The notes: generated from the letters alone by a model not told the origin. Shown: positions 9,174-20,491, counted from the first letter of the whole stretch. The stretch is DNA of 63,979 bases, filler included, from 5 parts of 5 records of this genome joined end to end with filler, not necessarily neighbours in it, one strand, 5' to 3'. A program made the numbers and translations.

Positions 9174-10118
9174 ATGGCCGACATCTCAGCAAATACCCCC
9201 CTGGCGCTCCCACGGCGCAAGCGCCGCCTCAAGGCGGACGATCGCTACGTCATTGCCCCCTGGCTTTATCTTCTGCCCGCCGCGCTCGGCCTTGCCATCT
9301 GGGTCTATTGGCCGCTCATCGATGCCTTCAGGCTCAGCCTTTACCAGTGGAACATGCTGCCCAACACGGCGCCGCAATTTGTTGGCCTGTCCAATTTCAC
9401 CAACATTTTCGCCCTGCCCAAATTCTGGCAGGCGGTGCGCAACACCGGTGTCTATGTCGTGGGCCTTTTGCCGCTGGCCGTCATCATCCCGCTGGCCATC
9501 GCCATCTACACCCATGATTTGCCGGACAGGGCGCGCAACATCTATCGCGCCATCATCTTTGTGCCCATGATCATCGCGCCGGTCGTCGCCGCCGCCGTCT
9601 GGCGCTGGCTGCTCGATCCCGGCCACGGCATGGTCAATCAGGCCATCACCGGCCTGGGCGGCGAGCCCGTGCGGTTCCTTGGCGACCCCGCCATCGCCAT
9701 CTGGACGATCATCGTCCTGACCGGCTGGAAGCTGATCGGGTTTTCAACCCTTATCCTTTCGGCCGCTAACGCCAACATCAATCCCTCACTGATCGAAGCC
9801 GCCCGCATGGACGGCGCTTCCAAATGGGAGATCATCCGCGACATCCGGCTCCCCCTGCTTATGAACACGGTGCTGTTCCTTGTCATGATGACCATCCTCC
9901 TGGGCGCACAGTGGAGCTTTTCCTACATCAACGTCTTGACCGGTGGCGGGCCGCTCGGCTCGACCACCAACATCTTCTACGTGCTGTGGGAATTCGGATT
10001 TTCATCGATGTCGGTGGGCTGGAGTTCAGCCGCCGCCGTCATCTTGTTCCTCGGCTTCGGCGCACTGGCCTTCGTGCTCTTCCGCCTCATGGACAGGTAT
10101 TCGTTCTATGACAACTGA
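9174..10118 (+). CDS. Carbohydrate ABC transporter permease (UgpA-like)
   Basis: FVGLSNF, EAARMDGAS, 6 TM segments. Confidence 0.92.
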   Translation: MADISANTPLALPRRKRRLKADDRYVIAPWLYLLPAALGLAIWVYWPLIDAFRLSLYQWNMLPNTAPQFVGLSNFTNIFALPKFWQAVRNTGVYVVGLLPLAVIIPLAIAIYTHDLPDRARNIYRAIIFVPMIIAPVVAAAVWRWLLDPGHGMVNQAITGLGGEPVRFLGDPAIAIWTIIVLTGWKLIGFSTLILSAANANINPSLIEAARMDGASKWEIIRDIRLPLLMNTVLFLVMMTILLGAQWSFSYINVLTGGGPLGSTTNIFYVLWEFGFSSMSVGWSSAAAVILFLGFGALAFVLFRLMDRYSFYDN

Positions 10119-10992
10119 TGCAATGACCTCACCGATCTCGCTGCCCGCGGCTCGGCCGCGCCGTCGCAGCCGTTCTCTCGTCTCGCGCCGGCTCAATACC
10201 GGCCTTGGACACGCGCTCATGGCCGTGCTGTCGCTGTTTTGCCTGTTCCCGGTCTATTGGATGGTCGTGACCTCGCTCAGGCCCGCCAACCAGATCTTTG
10301 AGACGGCGCTGCTGCCCACATCGGCCTCGCTCGACAATTACATCTATGCGCTCAACGCCATTCCCGTGCTCCAGATGCTCTGGAACACGCTTCTGGTCTC
10401 GGTCGTCGTCACGATTGTCCAGCTCGCCACCGGCCTTTTCGCCGCTTACGCCTTTGCGCGCTGGCGGTTCCCGTTCGACAAGCTCGTCTATTCGCTCATC
10501 GCGCTGACCTGGCTGGTGCCGTTTCAGGTGGTGATGATCCCCAATTATCTGATTGTCGCCCGGCTCGGACTGCTCGATTCCCTGCCCGCGCTCATCCTGC
10601 CCAATGTCGCCTCAGCGCTGGCCATCATGCTGCTCTACCAGACCATGCGCTCCTTCCCCAAGGAGGTGATCGAGGCCGCCCGCATGGACGGCGCCCGCAG
10701 CTGGCGCATCCTGTGGGACGTGCTGGCCCCCAATCTGAGCGGCATCCTCGCCTCGCTCGCCATCCTCATCTTCATTTCGACCTGGAACGATTATTTCTGG
10801 CCGCTGCTGCTCACCCGCTCGGCCGAAAACAGCGTCATCCAGATCGGCATCCAGATGTTCATGTCGTCCGAAGGCACCCAATGGGGTCCGCTCATGGCCG
10901 CTTCCACAATGGCCAGCCTTCCGGTCCTCGCCATCTACATCGTCCTGCAGCGCCAGGTCATCCAGTCCTTCATGAAATCAGGAATACGCTAA
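10108..10992 (+). CDS. Carbohydrate ABC transporter permease (UgpE-like)
   Basis: FPVYWMVVTSL, EAARMDGA, WNDYFWPL. Confidence 0.92.
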   Translation: MTTDAMTSPISLPAARPRRRSRSLVSRRLNTGLGHALMAVLSLFCLFPVYWMVVTSLRPANQIFETALLPTSASLDNYIYALNAIPVLQMLWNTLLVSVVVTIVQLATGLFAAYAFARWRFPFDKLVYSLIALTWLVPFQVVMIPNYLIVARLGLLDSLPALILPNVASALAIMLLYQTMRSFPKEVIEAARMDGARSWRILWDVLAPNLSGILASLAILIFISTWNDYFWPLLLTRSAENSVIQIGIQMFMSSEGTQWGPLMAASTMASLPVLAIYIVLQRQVIQSFMKSGIR

Positions 10993-10993
10993 G

Positions 10994-11728
10994 ATGAACT
11001 CCCCCCTCACCCGCTCGATCCCCGTCAAGGGTGCCTATAACGTCCGCGATCTGGGCGGTTACCGGATCGCCGACACAGAAACCCTGTGGCGCCGCGTGCT
11101 GCGCGCCGATGCCCTGCACCGGCTCGATGCAGAAGATGTCGCCATGCTCATCGATGCCGGGGTGACAACCGTCGTCGATCTGCGCCACGACAATGAATGT
11201 GCCGAACAGCCCAATCCGCTCGCCGGTCATCCCGGCGTCAGCTACCACAACGTTTCCCTGTTCGCCGACCTCGCGCCGGCCGTCGCTCCAGGCGAAGACG
11301 CCCTTCTTAGCCTCTACCGCAAGGCCCTGGACGAACGCAGCGAAACCATCGCCCGCGTCCTGACCCTGATCGCCGAAGCCGGCGATGGCGCCGTACTGTT
11401 CCATTGCACGGCGGGCAAGGACCGCACTGGCGTTATCGCCGCCCTGCTCCTGACCACCGCCGGGGTCGAAACCGCGTTGATCGTCGAAGATTACGCGCTC
11501 ACCGCACAAATGATCGAACCCATGATGGCCGAACTTATCGCGGGCGCACAGGCGCGCGGCATCGACCCTGAACGCTTCATGCCGTTTCTGGCCTCCGAGC
11601 CTGAAACCATGGCGCTCACCATCGCCCATATCGAGACCAAATACGGCTCGGTACAGGCCTATCTGCGGGCAATCGGGCTCTCGGACACAACCATCGCCCG
11701 GCTCAGGGCACGTCTTGCGGGAGATTGA
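10994..11728 (+). CDS. Tyrosine/lipid phosphatase, PtpB/LipA (Y_phosphatase3) family
   Basis: [14 protein letters not shown]-loop [15 protein letters not shown]. Confidence 0.9.
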   Translation: MNSPLTRSIPVKGAYNVRDLGGYRIADTETLWRRVLRADALHRLDAEDVAMLIDAGVTTVVDLRHDNECAEQPNPLAGHPGVSYHNVSLFADLAPAVAPGEDALLSLYRKALDERSETIARVLTLIAEAGDGAVLFHCTAGKDRTGVIAALLLTTAGVETALIVEDYALTAQMIEPMMAELIAGAQARGIDPERFMPFLASEPETMALTIAHIETKYGSVQAYLRAIGLSDTTIARLRARLAGD

Positions 11729-11729
11729 A

Positions 11730-11989
11730 ATGGCTCAACTCACCATCTCAGACGTCAAGAAATCCTATGATGGCAAGCAGGTCCTTCACGGTATCGACAT
11801 CGAGATCGACAACGGCCAGTTCGTCGTCATCGTCGGGCCCTCGGGCTGCGGCAAGTCTACCCTCCTGCGCATGATCGCCGGACTGGAATCGATCACCTCG
11901 GGCGAAATCGGCATCGACAACGAGATCATCAACGACATCGATCCCGCCGATCGCGGCTGCGCCATGGTGTTCCAGAACTATGCGCTCTA
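11730..11989 (+). CDS. ugpC: Sugar/glycerol-3-phosphate ABC ATP-binding protein (3' truncated by contig end)
   Basis: [30 protein letters not shown]. Confidence 0.8.
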
Positions 11990-12089
11990 NNNNNNNNNNN
12001 NNNNNNNNNNNNNNNNNNNNNNNNNNNNNNNNNTTAATTAATTAANNNNNNNNNNNNNNNNNNNNNNNNNNNNNNNNNNNNNNNNNNNN
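11990..12089. other. Artificial contig linker
   Basis: N-run, TTAATTAATTAA (stops in six frames), N-run; 100 bp. Confidence 0.98.
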
Positions 12090-12395
12090 GATGCCGCTTT
12101 CATCTTCCATGATCAGCACACCAATCGGTCGGCACTTGATGATACAGCCCGGAATAACCGGCATCTGCCCCAGCACTGCCGCGTCCATCGGATCACCATC
12201 TTCCGAAAGCGTGTGCGGCACGAAGCCGTAATTAATGGGATAGTACATCGCCGTGTGCAGGAAACGGTCGACGAAAATCGCGCCGGACTTTTTGTCGACC
12301 TCATATTTTACCGGGTTTCCACCCAGAGGTATTTCAATCAGCACATTGACGTCATAGGGTGGATTATCGCCAACCGGCACCAGATCCAAATTCAT
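12090..12395 (-). CDS. ppa: Inorganic pyrophosphatase (3' truncated)
   Basis: [28 protein letters not shown]. Confidence 0.96.
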
Positions 12396-12524
12396 ATCGG
12401 GTTCCTTAACATTTTCAGTAAACGAGCCCTCCCAAGCGGGCGCACCATAGACTTATCGACGCTTTGGCTCCACATATTTTCGACAGGTCAATCGCGTAAA
12501 ATTTTCTGAGGGGTTCTTAGCGAC

Positions 12525-13817
12525 TTGAGACTTCGTTTCATCCACGCCCTGGCCGGTCGGTTGCCGTTCTATTACGGCTGGCTGATCCTGTTTGCCGTCT
12601 GCGCGGCATCGTTCTCACGGCAGGGCCCCGCCGTCGCCACACTGTCGATTTTCATCGATCCGATGACCAGCGAGTTCGGCTGGTCCAGGACGGAAATTTC
12701 CGGTGCCGTATCAATGGGCGGGATTCTGGGCGCCATCGCGGCACCGCTGATCGGCCCGTTTCTGGACAGGAACGGACCGCGCACCATCCTTTGCCTTGCG
12801 GTTTTCTTTACGGCAATTCCGCTCTTGTGCCTGTCATTCGTGAACGCGCTGCCGCTTTTCTATCTGTTCTATTGTATCGCGCGGATGAATTTCACCGGCC
12901 CGTACGACATCGGCATCTACGGCTCGATCGTTAACTGGTTTTATAACAAGCGGTCGTTCGCGACCTCGGTCACGACGATGTTCCTGATGTTCGGGCTGGT
13001 AGCAATGCCGCTGATCGCGCACTTCGCCATGGAGGCGGGGGGCTGGCGTCACGCCTGGATCGCCGTGGGTGCTACCGTCCTCATCGTCGGGTTTGTGCCG
13101 GCCTGGCTGTTTCTGGTCCGCCGCCCCGAGGACCTGGGGCTTGAGATCGACGGCGCCGAAAAGCCCGTCACGAAAAGGACCGATGATCCGGCCACGACCG
13201 AAAAGACCCTTCCGCCGGAACCCGCCTTTACCCGCGCCGAGGCCATGAGAACCCCTGCGTTCTGGTTTCTGAGCGCCTTTACCCTGCTGGTCTGGCCGAT
13301 CCAGGCCGGGGTCAGTCTGCACCAGGCGCCCCTGCTTCTTGAACGCGGGTTTGATGCAACGATTGCGGCCACCGCCGTCAGCACCTTCTCGCTGGTTTCT
13401 GCGATCACCGGCTTTTCCTATGGGTTTTGGCCGAAGCGTATCCCGTTACGTTTTGCGCTGGTGCTCATCGGATTGCTTTTGGGCGCCGCCGCCTTCGCCA
13501 TGCATGAGGTACACAGTGCCTTCATGGCCTATGCCGCTGCAGCCCTGTTCGGATGCGGCATCGGCGGATTGCTGACCATATTGCCCATCGCCTGGGCGGA
13601 TTTTTTCGGGCGACGAAGCTACGGCGCCATTCGCGGCGTGGCCCTGACGGTGCAAGTGGGCAGCCAGGCCGCCGGGCCGCTGATCGCGGGCGGGCTTCGC
13701 GATATCACCGGCACGTATGACATGCCGCTGATGGTATTTTCTGCGTTCGGCTTTGCCGGCGCCGCCGTCGCCTTTCTGGCACGGCCGCCGAAGCAGCTCA
13801 CACAGCACACACCATGA
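12525..13817 (+). CDS. MFS transporter (OFA/MCT-like)
   Basis: About 12 TM segments, GPFLDRNGPR motif A, FFGRRSYGAIRG. Confidence 0.88.
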   Translation: MRLRFIHALAGRLPFYYGWLILFAVCAASFSRQGPAVATLSIFIDPMTSEFGWSRTEISGAVSMGGILGAIAAPLIGPFLDRNGPRTILCLAVFFTAIPLLCLSFVNALPLFYLFYCIARMNFTGPYDIGIYGSIVNWFYNKRSFATSVTTMFLMFGLVAMPLIAHFAMEAGGWRHAWIAVGATVLIVGFVPAWLFLVRRPEDLGLEIDGAEKPVTKRTDDPATTEKTLPPEPAFTRAEAMRTPAFWFLSAFTLLVWPIQAGVSLHQAPLLLERGFDATIAATAVSTFSLVSAITGFSYGFWPKRIPLRFALVLIGLLLGAAAFAMHEVHSAFMAYAAAALFGCGIGGLLTILPIAWADFFGRRSYGAIRGVALTVQVGSQAAGPLIAGGLRDITGTYDMPLMVFSAFGFAGAAVAFLARPPKQLTQHTP

Positions 13818-13887
13818 AAGTGGCCCGGCCTCTTTTTCTCTACAATAATTGCCGGACGTGCTACCCGGAAGGCTGGAAGATGGGCAC

Positions 13888-14910
13888 ATGAAACTGACCG
13901 CAGACAGCATCGAGAGTGTTCTGGTCCATGTCGGCCTCGACCGGCTCGGCGACGGGCTGTTGAAGCTGCCGTTCGTGCGCGGCCTCAAACAGGCTTTCCC
14001 CAACGCCCGCATCACCTGGTTCGCCGGCAAGGAAACCACCGTCTATGCCTCAAGCCTGGCCCCGTTGGTGACGGGGTTGCTTGACGAGATCGTCGAATAC
14101 GGCGGCGTCGGCTCGTCACCGAAGGAACTGTTCGCGCAGCGTCCGCTGGCAGATCGGACGTTTGATCTCGTCATCGATACCCAGCGGAATTTATGGATCG
14201 CACTCGCTGTCCGGCGCATCCGTCACCGCGCGTTTGTTTCACCTGCCGCAAAATTCCTGCTGTCATCGAACAAGCCCGCCGCCGGGTACACGTTTCCCAA
14301 GGCCATGCAGCGCCAGATGCTGGACCTGCTGGAGATCGCCAGCGGCCGGTCATTCACCACCCCGACAAAACTCGATCTCGAGATTCCGGACATCTACCGG
14401 CAAACAGCGACATCCCTGCTGCCTGATGGTGCCCACTATGCCGCTTTTGCGCCCGGGTCCGGCGGCAGACCGAAATGCTGGCCGCTTGAACGGTTTATCG
14501 CCACGGCCAGGACCGCACATCAAAACGGCGCCACACCGGTGTTTCTGATCGGCCCGCAGGAAGAAGAATGGATCGACATCATCCGTGACGCGTTGCCGGA
14601 AGCCATCCTGCCGCTACAAACCGATGCTGGGCGGGGACATGGCTATGACCCGTTGCTGACGATTGCTCTTGGGACCCGGTTCAGTGCTGCGGTTTCAAAC
14701 GATTCCGGGATTGCCCATATGCTGGCGGTCGCCGGCACACCGCTGATCGCGCTTTACGGCCCGACGGTCTATGAGAAATTCCCGCCGATGTGCGATGACA
14801 TCACGGTCATTCGTGCCGAAGCATTCGGATCACGAGAGATGACATCGATCCCGACCGACGCGGTTACGGACGCACTTCTTCAACAGCTGGCCGGGGCGCC
14901 CGTTCCATAA
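13888..14910 (+). CDS. Glycosyltransferase family 9 (heptosyltransferase-like)
   Basis: DRLGDGLL..P, KCWPLERF, VSNDSGIAHM, IALYGPT. Confidence 0.88.
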   Translation: MKLTADSIESVLVHVGLDRLGDGLLKLPFVRGLKQAFPNARITWFAGKETTVYASSLAPLVTGLLDEIVEYGGVGSSPKELFAQRPLADRTFDLVIDTQRNLWIALAVRRIRHRAFVSPAAKFLLSSNKPAAGYTFPKAMQRQMLDLLEIASGRSFTTPTKLDLEIPDIYRQTATSLLPDGAHYAAFAPGSGGRPKCWPLERFIATARTAHQNGATPVFLIGPQEEEWIDIIRDALPEAILPLQTDAGRGHGYDPLLTIALGTRFSAAVSNDSGIAHMLAVAGTPLIALYGPTVYEKFPPMCDDITVIRAEAFGSREMTSIPTDAVTDALLQQLAGAPVP

Positions 14911-16174
14911 GCCAGAGCAGCATCACAAGTCCGGGGATCGCCGCCAGCCCGGTCAGCAGAAAATACGAAACCCAGTCTATATGATCGGCAAGCCAGCCGC
15001 CGCCCGAGGCCAGCACCGTGCGCGTGAACGCCATTAACGAAGACAACAGGGCGAACTGCGTCGCCGTGTATGCGATGTTGCACAAACCGGACAAGTAGGC
15101 GACGAAGGCGATCGTGCCGATCCCGCCTGTCAGATTTTCGATGCCGATGGTCACGAAAAGCATCGGCAGTTCAGGACCAATCCAGGCCTGCAGGGCAAAA
15201 ACACCGTTGGACGCCGCCTGCAGAATGCCGCCGATCAGCAAGGCCTTCAGCGTCCCGTAACGGGCTACGGCAATGCCGCCGAGGATACCGCCGACAAGGG
15301 TCGCAGCCAGACCGAAGCCTTTGGTGACCAGCCCAACCTCGGTTTTACTGAAACCGATATCCAGATAGAAAGGATTGGCCATGACGCCCAACAGCGCATC
15401 GCCATATTTATAAAGCGCGATGAACAGCAATATCGCCGCCCAGTTTTGCCGGGTCATGAATTCGACAAACGGCATCCAAACGGCACGGTGCAGAACATCC
15501 AGCACAACGGCCACCCGATCCGTCCGGGCGGCGCCTGATTCCTCGACCCGGCGCACAGGTTCAGGCCCCATCAGCGTCGCCATCATCCCCACCGCGACCA
15601 GTCCCGCCATCACGGCATAGGCGGAAAACCAGCCCGCCTGATCGGCGATGATCAGCGCACCGGCGCCGGATGCAAACGTCGCAATGCGATACCCGACAAC
15701 ATAATTGGCAGCCCCGGCCCCCATGCGTTCTTCATCCAGGATTTCTATCCGGTACGCATCGACGACGATATCCTGTGTCGCCGACGAGAACGCCAGCACC
15801 ACCGCCCACAAGGCCGTCCAGGTAAGGTCCGTCGCAGGGTCCGTCCCGCCCAGCATCAGTATCGATACGATCACACATCCCTGCGACAGCAACAACCAGC
15901 TGCGCCGCTGCCCGAGCAGGCGCGTCAGGACCGGCAACGGACAGCGGTCTACCAGTGGCGACCACAGGAACTTCAGTGCATAAGCGCTGCTGGCAACGGA
16001 AAACCAGCCGATAACCGTCAGCGATACGCCTTCGTCATGCAGCCATGCCGACAACGTGCCGTAGACCAGCAGCAATGGCAGGCCGCTGGAAAATCCAAGC
16101 AACAGGATCAGGAATACACGGAATTCAAAATAAACGGCGGTGGCCGAAAGCCAGCCTCGCAGGCGCGGCCCCAT
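14864..16174 (-). CDS. ampG: Muropeptide MFS transporter AmpG
   Basis: LGFSSGLP, KFLWSPLVD, SATQDIVVDAYRIE, YTATQFALLSSL. Confidence 0.93.
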   Translation of the reverse strand: MGPRLRGWLSATAVYFEFRVFLILLLGFSSGLPLLLVYGTLSAWLHDEGVSLTVIGWFSVASSAYALKFLWSPLVDRCPLPVLTRLLGQRRSWLLLSQGCVIVSILMLGGTDPATDLTWTALWAVVLAFSSATQDIVVDAYRIEILDEERMGAGAANYVVGYRIATFASGAGALIIADQAGWFSAYAVMAGLVAVGMMATLMGPEPVRRVEESGAARTDRVAVVLDVLHRAVWMPFVEFMTRQNWAAILLFIALYKYGDALLGVMANPFYLDIGFSKTEVGLVTKGFGLAATLVGGILGGIAVARYGTLKALLIGGILQAASNGVFALQAWIGPELPMLFVTIGIENLTGGIGTIAFVAYLSGLCNIAYTATQFALLSSLMAFTRTVLASGGGWLADHIDWVSYFLLTGLAAIPGLVMLLWLMERAPRPAVEEVRP

Positions 16175-16180
16175 CCGCGG

Positions 16181-17428
16181 CTACCCCGCCGCCATCGGCC
16201 GCGCGTTCCCGGATGAATGTTCATTCATCAGGGATTCACACACCGTCCAGACATCGTCAACCGGGATCGCCGCAACACACGGGAACACTTCGAACTTGCT
16301 GGCGCGTTTATCGCAACGCCAGAAACAGTGATAGCAATCCATCTGCTGATAGATAAACCGGGCGTTATTCGGACAGACGCTCCCGGGGTAGGGGACGAAG
16401 CTGGTAAAGTGTCCGCCCCCGACGATCACCAGTGTCGGCGCCCCCAAGGCAATGGACAAATGCGCCGGGCCGGTATCATTGCTGATGACGAGGCCCGCAT
16501 GGTTCATCAGGTCCATCAGTTCCGGCAGTGTGGTCCGTCCCGTCAGGTCGCTGACGCCAGGGCGCCGGGCCATATCATCAAGCAAATTGGCATCCCAACG
16601 CTCACCGCGTGTGCCCACAAAAGCCACCCGCCAGCCCATTTCCAGCAGCTTTTCGGCAACGGCCACATATGACGCGAAAGGCCAGCGCCGGCCCGGTTCG
16701 TTACTGCCGGGATTGATCACGGCATAAGGCCCGTCAGCCGCCAACGCGGGTCTGCGATCCGGCCAATTGATTTTCGGCGGCTGCGGTTGAAAGTTCTTCC
16801 CCGCGACCGCGGATACAAACCGATAATGGCGGAAAATTTCGTGTGTCGGGTAGGGCCCCGTATCAATCACTTCGTCGACCTGGCTCAGATAAAAGGTGAA
16901 TTCTGACCGGGTCGGTTCGTTGACGTAAGGCATGGAAACCACCGTCCGGTTGGCTGCAGATACCCAGACAAGACTATCCGCCATCATGGCGCGGCGCAGA
17001 TAGGAATCGCACGCCGTAATTTTAGGCGCCAGACGGCGTACCATCAGGTTGACACGCAGCCTGTACATCAGCTTCCGCGCATAGGCGTGCTCATCAATGG
17101 TGATGACCCGGTAGCCTTCGAATATCTTCGGCGAAATCGACCGCCAGCTGTCACAGCCAAGGACCGTGATGTCGGATTTTTCAACCCCGAAAGCCTCGGC
17201 ATAATGTTCAAGACTCTGGCGGAAAAGCATCATGTCGCCGATGCCGTCCATACGGACCACAAGAAGGCCTTTGCGCTGCCGGAAGATCGGGAAATGCCGG
17301 GCGATCAGATCGAACGGCCGAAACATCCACCAGCGTCTGCGCATCCCGGCAGGAAACATGCGCCAAAAGGCAGACACCTTTATCCGTGGCTGCTCAATGA
17401 TGTTTCCTTGGGTTGACGGTTCCTGCAT
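16181..17428 (-). CDS. Glycosyltransferase family 9 with C-terminal Cys cluster
   Basis: RMDGIGD, RRWP, ISNDTGPAHL, CYHCFWRC...FPC. Confidence 0.87.
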   Translation of the reverse strand: MQEPSTQGNIIEQPRIKVSAFWRMFPAGMRRRWWMFRPFDLIARHFPIFRQRKGLLVVRMDGIGDMMLFRQSLEHYAEAFGVEKSDITVLGCDSWRSISPKIFEGYRVITIDEHAYARKLMYRLRVNLMVRRLAPKITACDSYLRRAMMADSLVWVSAANRTVVSMPYVNEPTRSEFTFYLSQVDEVIDTGPYPTHEIFRHYRFVSAVAGKNFQPQPPKINWPDRRPALAADGPYAVINPGSNEPGRRWPFASYVAVAEKLLEMGWRVAFVGTRGERWDANLLDDMARRPGVSDLTGRTTLPELMDLMNHAGLVISNDTGPAHLSIALGAPTLVIVGGGHFTSFVPYPGSVCPNNARFIYQQMDCYHCFWRCDKRASKFEVFPCVAAIPVDDVWTVCESLMNEHSSGNARPMAAG

Positions 17429-17459
17429 CAACGTAGGGTATATCCGCGCCGGTCCCGGC

Positions 17460-19283
17460 TCAACCAGCGTCCTTTTTGCGGTCCGCTTTTTTACGTTCGT
17501 GCGGATCGAGCAGAACTTTGCGGAGACGCAGATTCTGTGGTGTCACTTCAAGAAGTTCATCGTCGTTCACATAGGCGATGGCATCCTCGAGGCTCATGCG
17601 GCGCGGTGGCGTCAGGCGGATCGCTTCGTCCGTGCCTGATGCGCGGACGTTCGTAAGCTGCTTTGCTTTCAGCGGGTTCACTTCCAGATCGTTACCCCGG
17701 CTGTGCTCGCCGATGATCATGCCTTCGTACACCGGCACCCCTGCGCCGATCAGAAGAACACCACGGCCTTCAAGGCCCGACAGGCCATAGGCATTCGATT
17801 TGCCGGTCGCATTGGAAATCAGCACGCCGTTGCGGCGGCCCGGGACTTCGCCCTGATACGGCGCATAGCCGCTGAAGACCCGGTTGAGCACGCCGGTGCC
17901 GCGGGTTTCCGTCATGAATTCCCCGTGATAGCCGATCAGTCCCCGGGACGGGACGATGAATGTCAGCCGCACCTTGCCCCCGCCGGCCTGACGCATTTCG
18001 GTCATGCGCCCCTTGCGGATATTCAGCGCTTCGACAACGATCCCGGAAAATTCCTCGTCAACGTCGACCACGACCTCTTCAAGGGGCTCAAGCCTCTCGC
18101 CGGTGTCGGGGTCTTCGCGGAACAGAACCCGCGGGCGGGAAATCGAAAGCTCATAACCTTCCCGGCGCATCTGTTCGATCAGGACGCCGAGCTGGAGTTC
18201 GCCTCGCCCGGCGACTTCAAACGCGTCCTTGTTGTCGGCTTCCGTAATACGAATGGCGACATTGCCCTCTGCCTCGCGCATCAGGCGTTCACGGATCATG
18301 CGCGACGTGACTTTGTCACCATCCTGGCCGACGAATGGCGAGGTGTTCACCGAGAACGTCATCGCCAGGGTCGGCGGGTCGACCGGCTGCGACTGGATCG
18401 GCTCATCCACCTCGGTCGCACAGAGCGTATCGGCAACCGTCGCCTTGGCCATTCCGGCGATGGCCACGATATCCCCGGCAATGCCTTCATCAATGGCTTC
18501 ACGTTTAACGTCACGGAAGGCGAGAATTTTCTGTACCCGGCCCTGTTCAATGACATCACCCTTGCGGCTCAGCGCCTTGATTGTCTGGTTCGGTTTGACC
18601 TGGCCGGAAAAAACCCGGCCGGTCAGGATCCGGCCCAGATAGGGGTCGGCCTCGATGGTCGTGACCAGCATGGAAAACGGCCCGGCCGCATCCGCAACCG
18701 GCGGCGGCACATGCTTGATGATGGTTTCAAACAACGGCTCAAGCGTCTCGCCGTGCTGATCCGGCTCAAGGGATGCCCAGCCGGCACGACCGGAAGCGAA
18801 CAGGGTCGGGAAATCAAGCTGTTCGTCATTGGCATCGAGAGCGGAAAACAGATCGAAGACTTCCGTCTGTGCGTCGTAGGACCGCGCATCTGGCTTGTCG
18901 ACTTTGTTGATGACGACGATCGGCTTCAGCCCCAATTTCAGGGCTTTTGCCGTGACGAATTTAGTCTGCGGCATCGGACCTTCTGCGGCATCGACGAGCA
19001 GGACAACGCCATCGACCATGGACAGGATACGCTCAACCTCGCCGCCGAAATCCGCGTGTCCTGGGGTGTCGACGATGTTGATCCGTACGTTTTTCCATTC
19101 CACCGACGTACACTTGGCCAGGATGGTGATCCCGCGTTCACGTTCAAGTTCGCCGGAGTCCATGGCCCGTTCGACGACTTTCTGGTTTTCGCGAAAGGCG
19201 CCGCTCTGGCCCATCATGGTATCGACCAATGTGGTTTTCCCATGGTCGACGTGCGCGATGATCGCGATGTTTCTGAGTTCCAT
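17460..19283 (-). CDS. typA: Translational GTPase TypA/BipA
   Basis: [47 protein letters not shown]. Confidence 0.98.
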   Translation of the reverse strand: MELRNIAIIAHVDHGKTTLVDTMMGQSGAFRENQKVVERAMDSGELERERGITILAKCTSVEWKNVRINIVDTPGHADFGGEVERILSMVDGVVLLVDAAEGPMPQTKFVTAKALKLGLKPIVVINKVDKPDARSYDAQTEVFDLFSALDANDEQLDFPTLFASGRAGWASLEPDQHGETLEPLFETIIKHVPPPVADAAGPFSMLVTTIEADPYLGRILTGRVFSGQVKPNQTIKALSRKGDVIEQGRVQKILAFRDVKREAIDEGIAGDIVAIAGMAKATVADTLCATEVDEPIQSQPVDPPTLAMTFSVNTSPFVGQDGDKVTSRMIRERLMREAEGNVAIRITEADNKDAFEVAGRGELQLGVLIEQMRREGYELSISRPRVLFREDPDTGERLEPLEEVVVDVDEEFSGIVVEALNIRKGRMTEMRQAGGGKVRLTFIVPSRGLIGYHGEFMTETRGTGVLNRVFSGYAPYQGEVPGRRNGVLISNATGKSNAYGLSGLEGRGVLLIGAGVPVYEGMIIGEHSRGNDLEVNPLKAKQLTNVRASGTDEAIRLTPPRRMSLEDAIAYVNDDELLEVTPQNLRLRKVLLDPHERKKADRKKDAG

Positions 19284-19314
19284 ATTTATATCCTGTAAAA
19301 GGCGTTAGCCGTGA

Positions 19315-20313
19315 TCAGCTGTTGATGCCCTGCAAAAGATGCTGCACATCGGCAGAAGGACGCGCGCCGATTTGCTTAATGATGATTGCCGCCAGAAGAC
19401 CGCCCAACTCGCCGGCCTTCTGCAGATCCAGACCCTGGGTGTAGGCCGCCAGAAACCCCGCCGCATAGGCGTCGCCAGCCCCGGTCGTGTCGATGACGTT
19501 TTCCGGTTCGATTTTGGCCGCCGGCACCCTGATCGTGTCGTCCGGCGTCACGATGACCGACCCTTTTTCAGAACGGGTCAGCGCCGCGATGCCCGTCATC
19601 GGGCGAATTTTCTCAATCGCTTCTTCAAAGTCGTCAACCTGGAAGAGCGAGAGGATTTCATCCTCGTTGGCGAACAGGATATCGACGTGGTCCTGGATGA
19701 AGGACATGAAACCGTCACGATGCCGGTCAACGCAGAACGGATCGGACAGCGACAACGAGACCTTGCGCCCGGCTTCATGGGCGACGCGGGCCGCTTCGAA
19801 AAACGCTTCACGGGCCGGGTCCGGATCCCAGAGATAACCTTCAAGATAAATGACCTCGGCAGCGGCGACCTGCGCGAGATCAAGGTCTGCTGCGGAAAAA
19901 TCGACACAGGCGCCGAGATAGGTCTGCATGGTGCGTTGGCCATCCGGCGAGATCAGAACAAGGCACGTAGCCGTCGGTGCGCCGTCCGTTGCCATGCTTG
20001 TTTCAAAGGTCACGCCGGCGGCGCGGATATCATGCGCGAAAACCGTGCCCAGCTGGTCATCATGGACTTTGCCGGCAAAAGCCGCACGGCCGCCAAGTGC
20101 TGCGATTCCGGCCAGCGTATTCGCAGCCGAACCGCCCGAGCTTTCGATCGCCTGACCCGTTTTCTCGTAAAGAGCCCGCTGTTCTTCGGCACTGACCAGG
20201 CCCATGGCCCCCTTGGCCAGGCCGTTTTCTTCAAGAAAGGTGTCTTCGGCCTGAACCAGGATATCGACAATCGCATTGCCGATGCCGAGGACGTCAAAAT
20301 CTGCTTTAGCCAT
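19315..20313 (-). CDS. Adenosine kinase (PfkB family)
   Basis: GIGNAIVD, GGSAANT, DTTGAGDAYAAGFL; start 20313 or 20325. Confidence 0.9.
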   Translation of the reverse strand: MAKADFDVLGIGNAIVDILVQAEDTFLEENGLAKGAMGLVSAEEQRALYEKTGQAIESSGGSAANTLAGIAALGGRAAFAGKVHDDQLGTVFAHDIRAAGVTFETSMATDGAPTATCLVLISPDGQRTMQTYLGACVDFSAADLDLAQVAAAEVIYLEGYLWDPDPAREAFFEAARVAHEAGRKVSLSLSDPFCVDRHRDGFMSFIQDHVDILFANEDEILSLFQVDDFEEAIEKIRPMTGIAALTRSEKGSVIVTPDDTIRVPAAKIEPENVIDTTGAGDAYAAGFLAAYTQGLDLQKAGELGGLLAAIIIKQIGARPSADVQHLLQGINS

Positions 20314-20491
20314 GAGTGCGCTCACTTACGGATTTGCCTGAAAGGTGTGACGGGGCGACCGGACGGGCCATACTGGCCGATGATCCGGGATGCTGACTGA
20401 CCGCACCGCCCATGATTTGGCGCGGAGTATAGCCAAAGCCACGCGACGGGCAAGCGGGAACGGCGAAAGTGCAGGACCCGCCGATATCCAT

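Noticed and set aside
17703..19298. 531-aa ORF antisense to typA, and similar shadow ORFs opposite dnaJ, SBPs, bcsB, RND and iorA
   Set aside because: Antisense frames of well-conserved GC-rich genes; no motifs or RBS
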